A stretch of DNA of 64,000 bases from Carpediemonas membranifera BICM. Its lineage: Eukaryota; Protista; Fornicata. The translations under genes were made by a program, and so were the position numbers. Position 1 is the stretch's first letter. The number at the start of each line of letters is the position of its first letter. Where the stretch lies: the NCBI GenBank assembly GCA_019828565.1, contig JAHDYR010000066.1:496001-560000 (forward strand), in the 5' to 3' direction. Shown in pieces: positions 51,479 to 62,000 of this stretch. Below the pieces are notes generated by a model. That model did not search any database. It was given only the letters and a program-made list of their open reading frames with translations, and was not told the DNA's origin.

Positions 51479-52960
51479 ATGACTCAAATGTCCAATATGT
51501 TCTCCCAAAACCTCTGTCCCATCTGTAGAGCACGCCCAATGGATGTTTCGCTTGATTGCGGCCACTCGTACTGCTCTGTCTGCGTCTCAGAACGTCTTGC
51601 TCGAACAGGCCTGATGAGATGCACCACATGTTCTGGTTGTGCGCTTTCACAGCGTTCTATTTTCCCGAACTTCACTCTCAGGGCCCTTACCAGCCGCCTC
51701 CCGACAATGGAGCCCTGGCATGCCCCGGTGCAGACAGTGTCCGGCACAATCATACTCACTGAGTTACAGTCGCACGACGACTACATCAAGCGCGTGGTCC
51801 AAACTTTCCCCGAGGCGAACCTTGGGCTCTATCTGATCGTCTTCCCCCAACACATCGCCGACCCGACCATGGCCTCTGTGTCCCTGCAAATGACCGAGCT
51901 TAGGCCATCTGAGCCGGTGTGTCTCGACCAGTACCCTACTGTCGCCCTCAGCGTCCGTGTTGTGAATGTGGCGAACCCAGACGCCTCCGTCATCATCGAG
52001 GAGGAGTACACGTTCCCAGCTGGCCACCGCGAGGGTCTATTCATTCCCATTGGGCCACGGCTTCACATGTTCAGGAGGGATGCGGGCTTTGTTGACGGCG
52101 ACGGCGTCCGCTTCGAGTACACGGTCCGTTGCTGCGACGACCCTGCCGCAGCTACCCCGATCTTCGCGTGCCAGGAGCTCGTGGCGCACATCGACGGCTG
52201 CATCAAGACTGGTGAGCCCGTGTCAGCTCGGTGGCTCGACCAGGCCGTCCAGCCCCTGCTAGAACCGAACGCCACGCCCCTCCTCCTCGACGCCCTCGCC
52301 CATCTGCTAAGTCAGTGTCCTGGCGTGCTTGTCCAGGAACATGATGGCCCTCTTGTGTCGATTGGGGAGCATCTCCTGGCCAGTCCTGCCGCCGTCACGG
52401 CCGCCCTGAGCCAGGTCGAGGCCGACGAGTCTGCGGAACTCAACGTCAAGCGCGTGTTCGGCCCCCATCTCGGTGTTATGCGGGACAGATTGGTCGCCCG
52501 CACGCTGTCCGCGACGATTATGGTCGGGGCGGGTTCCGCGATCGCCCACCCCACCGCGCCGTCCGACCCGCTCATGCAGACCAGGGCCGCCAGCGAGGTC
52601 AGGGTCCGGGCGCCATCGGTCCTGGACGTCGACTCAGAGACGATCTCGGCGTTGTCGGCACAGGGCGAGGCCAACCAGCTCATGCTGGAGACGCTGCTCG
52701 CGACACTACACGACCTGCAGCAGACCCACTCTGTCATGAAGAAGCGCGCGAACACCCTTGAGGCCCGCGAACTGGAGCTTCTGGAGCAGCTGGCCATGGT
52801 TCGCGAACGTCTGGACGACCTTGAGTCGGATGAGTCGATGGGAGAGGGGTGGGTTGAGGACGAGGACGGCGACGTCTTCTTCGACGCCCTGTCGACTCTT
52901 GCCAGCGTGACTGAAGGAAGTCGCAGCAGCGGCGAGATGTTCTGGTTGCGGAATGAGTAA
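51479..52960 (+). CDS. RING + MATH/TRAF-like + coiled-coil protein (putative E3 ligase)
   Basis: C3HC4 RING CPIC...CGHSYCSVC...CTTC; MATH-like strand pattern ending GFVDGDGVRFEYTV; C-terminal coiled coil and acidic tail. Confidence 0.75.
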   Translation: MTQMSNMFSQNLCPICRARPMDVSLDCGHSYCSVCVSERLARTGLMRCTTCSGCALSQRSIFPNFTLRALTSRLPTMEPWHAPVQTVSGTIILTELQSHDDYIKRVVQTFPEANLGLYLIVFPQHIADPTMASVSLQMTELRPSEPVCLDQYPTVALSVRVVNVANPDASVIIEEEYTFPAGHREGLFIPIGPRLHMFRRDAGFVDGDGVRFEYTVRCCDDPAAATPIFACQELVAHIDGCIKTGEPVSARWLDQAVQPLLEPNATPLLLDALAHLLSQCPGVLVQEHDGPLVSIGEHLLASPAAVTAALSQVEADESAELNVKRVFGPHLGVMRDRLVARTLSATIMVGAGSAIAHPTAPSDPLMQTRAASEVRVRAPSVLDVDSETISALSAQGEANQLMLETLLATLHDLQQTHSVMKKRANTLEARELELLEQLAMVRERLDDLESDESMGEGWVEDEDGDVFFDALSTLASVTEGSRSSGEMFWLRNE

Positions 52961-53021
52961 GGGAATAGTTAGGAAATAAGGTCGCCACGATAATTTAAGG
53001 GGGCTGTGTCTAAATAGTTGA

Positions 53022-55040
53022 CTAGAGAAGGTCGAACTCGTCGTTGTGTGCGGGTCGCTGCAGAAGCCTCCGCGCGGTCCGCAGCCCAAGTGTGGGAACG
53101 AGACGCCGGACCCGGAACGACGCAGAGCCGTAGCCGCAGCGTCCAATGTAGAAGAAGGGATGGAGCAGCATCAGCGACGCCCCGATGGCCCTGAAGACGC
53201 CGAGCCCGACGACCATGATGAAGATGACGCTCGTGCGGCCCGTGGTGACGGCGAAGTCAAACAAGAACTCGCCTCCGATGAGGCCCGCGTGCACGACGGC
53301 GAGGGCGAATATGCTGGGGGCCAGGGAGTCCTTGTTGAGGTCACGGATGACGGACGCCGCCCCGATGAGCATGATCGTCTCGAAGACGTAGTTGCTGGCC
53401 TCCGCGGTCGACAGAGACGTGCGCTTCATGTACCCGCTGCCGGCACGGTGGAGCAGGGTCGCGATGACGATGCCCACGGGCGGGACCATGCTGATGGCGA
53501 GGGAGACGGCGCCGATGCCCGCCTGGCCGAGCCGCATCATGACGAATGGCAGATACATCAGGACCACGATGCTCGCGGCGACAATCAGCTCGTCGACGGT
53601 CTCGCCGAAGATGATGTAGCGGTGAGCAGACGCTAGGTTGCTCTGGCGGCACGCGGTGTCGCCCGGGGAGCACTCGACCACGGCGCCCCACCACAGCCCC
53701 GCCCAGTGGTTGATGATCAGACGGAAGGCGGAGAAGGCGAGGGCGCTGGTGAACAGGGCGATGAAGGCCGTGACGAGGACGGTAACCTGCTTGTGTCGCG
53801 TCTCCGACTCCGGGACGAGGACGGAGTTCTCGACGAGATAGGAGTTGACCTCTTGCCGGTTGAGCTCGAGAATAGAGCAGCCCTCGTCGAACTGAGCCGC
53901 GGCCTCGGCGTCGACGCTGTCGTTCAGCAGCAGCAGGACGACGACGAGGGCCCCCGGCATGAGCGCAATGACCCCTGCCCTCGTGATAGTAAGCACGAGG
54001 ACGCTGCTGTATACAGGGACGTGGAAGGGCGCCACTGCGAAGACAGACCAGTACGTCGTGTTTGCCAGCGGCTGAATGGCAGTCGTCCCGGCGGCCAGCA
54101 CGGTCAGGACAACCGGCTGGAGCTGCGATGGGAACTGCGTCGCCCCCATGGCGAAGGCGACGCCCGTCACGGTGATGTTGGCGATCGCCTGAATGAAGAC
54201 GACGACGATGCCGAGCTTGGGGAGGCCGAGGGCATCTGCCAGCCATCGAACGAAGAACGTACACAGCATGGCGATGGTGCCTGCTACCAGGAGAAGCTCC
54301 GTGCGCGTTAGCTGCAGGCAAGTGGGGATTAGCCGGCCGACCCCGAGGTTGGGCACGAGGCCGAGGCCGACTGGTGTCGCCACAGCGAGTACGATGCCAG
54401 CAAAGGACACCGCGAGCGCGATGACGTCCGGGATGACGGTGAACCCCGGGTCAAAGGACAGCTGGGCCATGGTAAGTGCGAGCAGCGCGCTCAGGGCGCC
54501 CATGGAGACGCAGTGGCGAGTCGAGTACGGCGCCGACCACATATATGGGGCCGGCCGGCGAGTCACGACGCGGTACGCCAGCACGGGCGCCCCGACGATG
54601 GGTGCGCCGTAGACCAGGAGCCACAGACATGTCTCGACGAGGGCAGCGATGGCAGAGACGTGCTGGCCAGTGTGTATGGCGCGGGCCATCGCAAGAATGC
54701 AGTACCAGAGGTCTAGGCCGAACGACAAGAGAGCCAGCGCCATGATCGCCATCAGCAGGCCGGCAACGACGAACCTGTTGTAGCGGTAGGTGCGGGCATC
54801 GATCACAGCAGAAGTCAACAGAAACTCGATCAGAGCAATTCCTCCGAAGACCAGGTACATCTTAGCGCTAATGCTGAAGTCCAACTGTGTCTTGCCGCTG
54901 AATAGCCAGAGGATGGTGCGGATAACTGTGGTCAGCTGAAAGCTCTGGAACAGAATGAAAATGACGCTAACATCGTATGCATATGAGCCTTCATTGCTGC
55001 TCTTTGAGTGGTATTTCGCCTTCCAGGGCACGAGCCGCAT
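53022..55040 (-). CDS. Multi-pass membrane protein of unknown family
   Basis: 672-aa ORF with many hydrophobic segments and host-like codon usage. Confidence 0.75.
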   Translation of the reverse strand: MRLVPWKAKYHSKSSNEGSYAYDVSVIFILFQSFQLTTVIRTILWLFSGKTQLDFSISAKMYLVFGGIALIEFLLTSAVIDARTYRYNRFVVAGLLMAIMALALLSFGLDLWYCILAMARAIHTGQHVSAIAALVETCLWLLVYGAPIVGAPVLAYRVVTRRPAPYMWSAPYSTRHCVSMGALSALLALTMAQLSFDPGFTVIPDVIALAVSFAGIVLAVATPVGLGLVPNLGVGRLIPTCLQLTRTELLLVAGTIAMLCTFFVRWLADALGLPKLGIVVVFIQAIANITVTGVAFAMGATQFPSQLQPVVLTVLAAGTTAIQPLANTTYWSVFAVAPFHVPVYSSVLVLTITRAGVIALMPGALVVVLLLLNDSVDAEAAAQFDEGCSILELNRQEVNSYLVENSVLVPESETRHKQVTVLVTAFIALFTSALAFSAFRLIINHWAGLWWGAVVECSPGDTACRQSNLASAHRYIIFGETVDELIVAASIVVLMYLPFVMMRLGQAGIGAVSLAISMVPPVGIVIATLLHRAGSGYMKRTSLSTAEASNYVFETIMLIGAASVIRDLNKDSLAPSIFALAVVHAGLIGGEFLFDFAVTTGRTSVIFIMVVGLGVFRAIGASLMLLHPFFYIGRCGYGSASFRVRRLVPTLGLRTARRLLQRPAHNDEFDLL

Positions 55041-55287
55041 TCAGGCCACTCACGTGAATTTGTGTCGACTTTGCGTGGAAGCCTTGAAGCCTGATACAGC
55101 TGTATCTGGGATACGTCTGCGGTGTGTCGGACCATGTGTGGCCGTGGATGTCACGACGGAGTCCGAGCCCCCCGAGCCTCAGCTCTCGGCAGCATCCGGC
55201 CGACCGATTGGATGATGGGCAAGCATGGAAATATGGTTCCGCACTGCCCAACGGCTCCAGCATCCCTCATGACCGTGCACAGTAGGC

Positions 55288-55938
55288 ATGAGCATAACCT
55301 GCCCACGCATGGATCAAACCTGGACTGAGAGCCCGATTGCCGTGGATTGCTTCTCCAACTGGCCTCAGGGCGATCCACATGCATCAGCAATGCACTTCTC
55401 GCGGTCAATTTTGCTTAACCAGGAGAAGGCCATTCGTTTAAGCGAGAACGTCATAATACCTGCGGATATCTGGGATCACGGCAACAAAGACCACTTGAAT
55501 GGGGTTAACGCACAAACGGATCTCTTTCTGGAAGTAGCTACGGCACTACAACGCCTTCATGAGAGCACATCACGCTCGGATGACGATGATCGCCGCAATC
55601 AGCTCATTGAAGTGCTCAAGAATGTCCCTGCCTGGCGCATGGCGTCTGAACGTGGTCGGACGACCGAGACTGTCGGCCGTTTCTTCAAGTCCCTCGGCCT
55701 CGCCAAGCCCCAGGTGCCCGCGGCCCCCTACCCCGTGGCCGTCCGCCGCATGATCGAGGCATACCTCAGTATCGCGGCTTGGCTGGATACCGACGTCCCC
55801 GCAGACCTGGACATGAGCGTGCGGCAGCTGTCCGCGGCCATTGTGCAGCTCTTGTCGTTCGTCCACGCCGACGTCACTCATCAGCTCCAGCAGAGACTGA
55901 AGCAGCGCCGACAGAAGTTCAGCCGGCTATCGAGGTAG
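55288..55938 (+). CDS. Hypothetical protein
   Basis: 216-aa ORF filling the gap between two minus-strand genes; no motif recognised. Confidence 0.55.
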   Translation: MSITCPRMDQTWTESPIAVDCFSNWPQGDPHASAMHFSRSILLNQEKAIRLSENVIIPADIWDHGNKDHLNGVNAQTDLFLEVATALQRLHESTSRSDDDDRRNQLIEVLKNVPAWRMASERGRTTETVGRFFKSLGLAKPQVPAAPYPVAVRRMIEAYLSIAAWLDTDVPADLDMSVRQLSAAIVQLLSFVHADVTHQLQQRLKQRRQKFSRLSR

Positions 55939-56067
55939 TGGTGGGCCGCGTCCCCTTCTCTCTCGCGCTGTCCTTGTCCGCGCCATGGTGGTGATGGTAA
56001 GGTAAGGTAACCGGTTACCTGTCTCGGTGGCCCAAGCATGATAAAGCACTTTATACATTGCACAGGC

Positions 56068-59000
56068 TCACTTAAGAGGGGCCGCGGAGTTCCCAAATAC
56101 GACCACGTTGTCCTCGAGGAAGATAGGCAGACGCGAGTCGCCGTCCCTCCCTGGCTTTGTCCCGGCACGGATGGCCTCCATCGCTGTGCGGGCTGTGGCG
56201 CCGCCCTTCGCCGCCATGCTGTCAAGGACGAGTGTGAGCGCCTTCTGGCCCATGGGGAAGGGCGCGTGGTGCGGCATCGTCAGGATGAAGGCGGGTGGCT
56301 GGTCCTGGACCTCGGAGGTCATCAGCAGCGTAGTGACAAGGTGCCGCGACACGGCGCCGCCGCTGATGGTGCGGAGGCCGCGTCTGGTGCGGTGGTACCC
56401 GGCCAGCAGCTGCGCCTTATCCAGCACGACCCATCCGGTGACCCTGCGCTGCGTGGCCATCCACTCCGGCTCGAACAGCATGCCCCACGGCGTACTAGCC
56501 GAGTATATGACTGTGGTGCGCTGCGCCGTCGTCGCGGGCCCGAGGAACGTGTGAATATGGTCGGCCGACGTCGGCAGATGCCCACTGGCCCAGCTCGTCA
56601 CGTCTGGACGGCCCTGTCGGATGCTCTCCGGGGTTGCAAGAAGCGTCTTGAAGGCCTCGGGCATCGTCGTCGCCATTGCAGTGAGGTCGCCGTCGGGGTC
56701 GAAGACGCAGCTCACGGAGTCTGGCGGGGCAGCGGGCCGCGCCATGTGTACAATGATGGACACGTCACGCACGGCGGGGAGCAGCGATGCCGGGTACTGC
56801 AGCATCTCGGGCGGCCCCACAAACACGCCTGAGGTCGGCAGGTCGGCCGGCAGTGTCGTCTTGATGAGTTCGTACAGGTCAAGCATGCACCTCTCATGTT
56901 GGATGACGTCCGCAAACATCTCGGTCTCGGCCGCACTGATCTGTGATGCGCCGTCGGACGTCGAGAACGCCCCGATCGACACAGACCGGCTCAGCGTCGC
57001 CCTACCCTTGGGCGCCACCTGGCCCGCGGGTATCGAACGCGGCATGAACGCCATCATGTCGTGGCGGGCCATAATGCACCCGCCGAGGTCGTAGAGGTGG
57101 TCGATCAGCTGGGTCAGAACGGTGGCCTCGGTCGCGTTGAACTTGAGGCGGACGACAGCGGTCTTTGTCGCCCAGTACGCCCACACACGGTCGCCGTGGC
57201 GGTGGCAGACGGTAACGTCGCTGGTGGCCCCGTCGAGCTTGTCCAGCATGGGGCAGTCAGGCGGCGACATGGCAGCGATGAGCCCATCGGGCGTCGTCAC
57301 GGGATCCTCGGTCAGCAGGGGCACCTCAAGCTCTACCAGCGCGCCCCACTTGGCATGGACGTGCTGGAGACGCCGGGCCTCGACGGCGAACGCCTGAGAG
57401 CATGGCTGAACGACCTCGAGGAAGGCGTTCTCCACGGCCGAGAGCGACCGCCGCTGCGACAGTGCCACGCTGGTCGGCGCCGAGGCGCAGATGACCGCCA
57501 TATGGTCGGTAATGCGGCTCATTGAGAGCTGGGCCTGGGCGGCCTGGGCGAGGGCGACAACTGCCGTCCGGGGCTGGGGGAAGGCCCAGTCGACCATGCA
57601 GTCCGCCAGCACAGCGACGACGTCCCATGCCCCGGCCTGGGTCGCCTCGATGAAAGCGGTGTGCATCGACCGACGAGCCTCTGAGATGTGGGGCGCGACG
57701 CTCTGCTCTGCGATCCACTTGGCGGCCTCGGCGGCGATTGAGGGACCGTCAGGCTGCTTCGCTGTCTTGCCTGGCTTGGCGTCCTTCTTCTCCTTCTTCC
57801 CCGCGGCGGGGGTCTGGATGGCCGTGCCGTGCCGTCGAGCCCACTCGTCTGATATGATGCGGACAACGTCCTCGCACTGGTCTACCCGCTCGCCAAAGCA
57901 AGTCTCGTCCAGCACGGCAACGCTGGCCCACATCGCCGCGAGCTCGGCATCCTCGAGAGACTCAGGAAGGCAGGCCGGGCGCGGTGGCTCGGCGGGCGGC
58001 TCCCCGACGGCAGCATGGGCCTCCTCGTCATCAACACCAGCGTCGATATGGCGTGCGACGGCGGCGTTGTGCGCCTCCATGGCGGTCTCCCACGCGGCGT
58101 GGTCCAGCTGGTGTTGGGCTTCGGCGTCGCTCCAGGCCAGCAGCGCCTGCCACGTCTCGGGCTTGCGGTCCTCACGCCACGCCTCCTTCGCGCGGAACCA
58201 GGTTGCCGCGGCGAGGCCTGCGACGCACTCCGCGGCGAGCTTGGGTCGGTTGCCAGAGAGGGGCTTGGGCTCGCCTTCCTCAGTGACCTCGCCAAGGATG
58301 CGGAGGGCGGTCTTGAATGACTCGGCGGCGTCCAGAGCGCACTTGGCACCGCCACGTATGTTTCCGCTGCTCTCGCCGAACTTATCGTCAAGACCGGCAA
58401 GGAAGCGGAGCACAGCCTCGTCGCTACGGCCGGACTCCCGGGGGAAGTCGACAAGGCCGACTACAAGCTCGCCAAGCCGCTCGGTCTCTTCGTAGAACAG
58501 CTTGAGCAGAAGCTTCCCGCGGCACGCGTGCAGGCGGGCTTCCTCTCGCGAGAACGCGGCCAGTCTTGGTACGGACCCAGGCCCGGACCCATCCACTGCC
58601 TGCCACACGGCGCACCGCTGCGTGGTCTGCTCCCTCTTGTCAGCAATGGCGGCCAGGGCGGCGTCCAGGTCTCGGACTGCCCGTGTCAGTGTCGCGTGGA
58701 CGTGGTCGAACACGGGCTCGGATGCCTCGGTGACCGCAGGGAAGTTGTGCGAAATGACGGACTCGGCGAACTCGATGGTGAAGTTGGCAAGGCTTGCGGG
58801 ATTCGGCTTGGCGTCGTGCAGGGTAAGGTCGAGCATGCGGACGGCCTTGGCGTACTGAAGCTCGGCCTTTCCCTTCGTTGTAACCTCCGCGGGAACGACA
58901 GAGCCGACTGCCTTGAGCAGCGTCGCCAGGGGGCTATCTGTCCGGGGCCGCACGGACTGCAGCGACCGGGCCGACCCGCCCCGCAGCGAAGACATCGCGA

Positions 59001-62000
59001 AGGAGGACACGGAGCCTGCGCCGGAAACCTCTGAGGCTGCCGGGGACCCGTGCGGCATGGGGAGGTCCTCGTCGGGCGGCGGCAATACGTCTCCGTGCAT
59101 TTCGTTGATCGTGTCGATGTCGAGCTGGACCGTCGCCGCCTTAGCAGACTGCATCGCCGCCCTGAACAAGGCAAACGACACGCGGGGCCTGATAGCCGGG
59201 CCAGTTATGCCCGCCTTGTCCAGCTCCGCGACGAATGCGGCCAGCACGGCCTCAGCGTCTCTGACGCGGTTGACGTCGCATAGGGCCTGCCCGAGGACGA
59301 GGAAAAGTCGCGTCTTCGCAGCGATGGAGAGGCCCGACGTCCGACCAGTGCCGTGGAGGATCGTGGCGGCATCGTTCGCTGCTTTGACCGGGTTTCCCGA
59401 GGCCAAGTCGAGGGCCGGACGGAGGGCGACGAGGCAGGGATCCAGGGGCGTCGACTGGCGGGAGATGGCGCTGAGTAGCCGCCCGGCCAGGTCGCACTCG
59501 CCCAGGCTGAGCGAAGCCCAGGCGATGGTGCCGACGATCGAACTCCGCTCGAGACGGGGCAGGACGGTGTCGCTGACGGGGGAGGGCTCCGCGAGGGTCT
59601 CTACGCCGTGGAGCAGCTCCTCGTCGATAGAGCTGACCCAGCCATCGAGGACGGTCTCGGCCATGGCCTTCCATGCCGCCAGCGCGGACATACCAGACAC
59701 GCCGCCGACGAGGCCGGTGCATCCCTCGATGTGGGCATGCACCTTGCATAGATCCAGAAGAAGTTTCAGCCCGACGCTAATCTCGTCGGGGAGCAGGTTG
59801 CAGTGGAGCTGAGCGAGGATCACGACAGACGACAGCGGCACGACGGCGTGCATATCCATGGCTGCGGGGATGGTGCCGAGAAGCGCCTGTGCCAGCAGGG
59901 CGACATCCGACTGGACGACGCTGCCACCGCCAGCCTGCTCGTTGTGGCTCTGGGCGACGTCCTGCAGCATGATGAGGTGCTCCTCGTAGTTCTCGTGCAG
60001 CAGCAGCTGCGCTGAGTCGGCCAGCACCGGGACGGGGGTGTCGAACTCACCCGTCATCCGCACGGCGTCCAGCACGATCTCGTTGGCCGTCTCTGCAGCC
60101 CTGAGGATCGCATCGACGTCCCCGCCGGTAAGCGCTGTCACGAGGTGGACCGTGACCCGGACCACTGCCGCCGTCACGGGGACGGGGATGCCGGCCACGC
60201 GGAACTGCTCCTCGGACTTGGCGACGTGTGCCTCAACGGCGTCCAGGAGCGTGCTGGCGGTGTCGGTGCGAGTCAGCGCCTGGATGAGCGCGACCTTCGC
60301 CAGATGCAGGTAGATCACGGCGGCCTCGTCTGCTGCCGGCACTGGCAGCGCGCCCTCAAGTATCTCGCGGGCGTATGCGACGGCCTCCGCCTGGTGCTCG
60401 CCGGTCGAGTTCCGGGCGTAACCGAGGCAGATGTTGGCGGCCTCGGCCTTTGCCGTCTGTCCAAGTGCGAGGGTGCGAACGGAGTCCCCCGTCCTTGCGG
60501 CGATGACTGCCCTGTGGGACCAGAGGACCGCGTGGGTGGCGGCGGGCAGGGACTTGAAGGCGAGCTGCACGAGGTCGTGGGCAGTCTCCCACTTCTGCTT
60601 CTGTGTCAGCACTCGAAGCATGGCGCCGAACAGCTCCGGGCCCCACTCCCGGACGGGGGCGAGGGGCGGGGGCGACTCGAGGCCGTGGATCGCGGGGGCC
60701 AGCACCGTGATCAGACGTACGCCCGCGTTGACGGCGGCGTCTGTCTGCCGCGGAATGGAGAGCTTGGACACGGCGGATGCCGCAGCCAACGAGATGTTGG
60801 TCACAAGTGCCGCGTCCTCGCGACGGACGGCAATGCCGGCCGCCGTTTCGAGCTCACCGAGGATGGTCGCGATGACCTCTGCGGCAGCGTGATGCTCCAC
60901 GGCGTCGTCAACGCCATGAAGCTTGACGACGCTGAGCCCGAGGCTTGCGACGGCGGTGTGGTAGTCGTCGTCGACGCACCGCACCACGCGCACCTCAGGG
61001 GCACCCCCCTTCCCGGCCTCGACGAGGGGATGTGGGGCCCTGTCCTCGAGGTCCGCGGGAATGTCCCGGGCCCACCGCAGCATCACGGCCGCCTTCGTCA
61101 GGCTCACCGCCTTGGCCGCCATGATGGAGCCGAGCGTCACCAGCGGCAGCATAGACGCGCCCAGGTCCGCGGCGACGGCCCCGGCAGCGGCGAGGGTGGC
61201 GGCGAGCAGCGTGTCGATGGGGTCGTGGCCCAGCTGGCACACGGCAAGGGCCTCGATGCCGGATGCGAGGGTGAGGACGGCATCGCCTGCGAGCGGCGGC
61301 GGTGTAGGCTGCCCAAGGCATCTGGCGTGCGCCAGAGTCACCCTGTACGCGACCGCAGCGATGGTTTCGACTAGCGGATAATCCGAGGCGGCGTCTGTCG
61401 TCGGCACCAGCGCACCGTCCCTCGTCATCGACGTCTGCACGGCGGTCTTGGCCATGGCAACGAGCTGCTTCGAGGACTCGGCCAGCTCGGTGATGAACTC
61501 GCCAGGGATCAGGTCGGGAGTGAGGTCTAGCGCCTCGGCAAAGGTCTGCCGCCAGCCGCTGATGTTGAGCGGCTCGACGGACAGCGGGGTCCCGTCCCCG
61601 AAGCCTGGCACGGCGCTCGACTGGTGAGTCCCGAGCGACACGAGGTCGTCCACGAGGGAGGGCGGCATGAGCATGTTGTACGCCGCATGGACACTCGTGA
61701 TTTCCGGCAGCCCGGTCGGCTGGTCGACCTTGGCCAACTGGCCCAGCCCGAGGCCCAGCCCCTCCCGGGCACGGGCTCCCCCGGCGGCAGACGAGGGCCT
61801 TGACGAGGGCCTTGACGAGGGGCGCGACCTGACAGTGCCGCCGGGCGTCGTCACCTCGAGCTCGGGCGTGAAGGCGCTGAACACGCACATGGTGACCATC
61901 TCGGTCAGCCTCGCCTGTGTCGCCCTGAGCCGGAGGGAGTGGCGTCGGAGGGCAGCCTTGTGGTCAGCATCGGCCTCTGCATGGGTCCAGAAGTCGCTGA

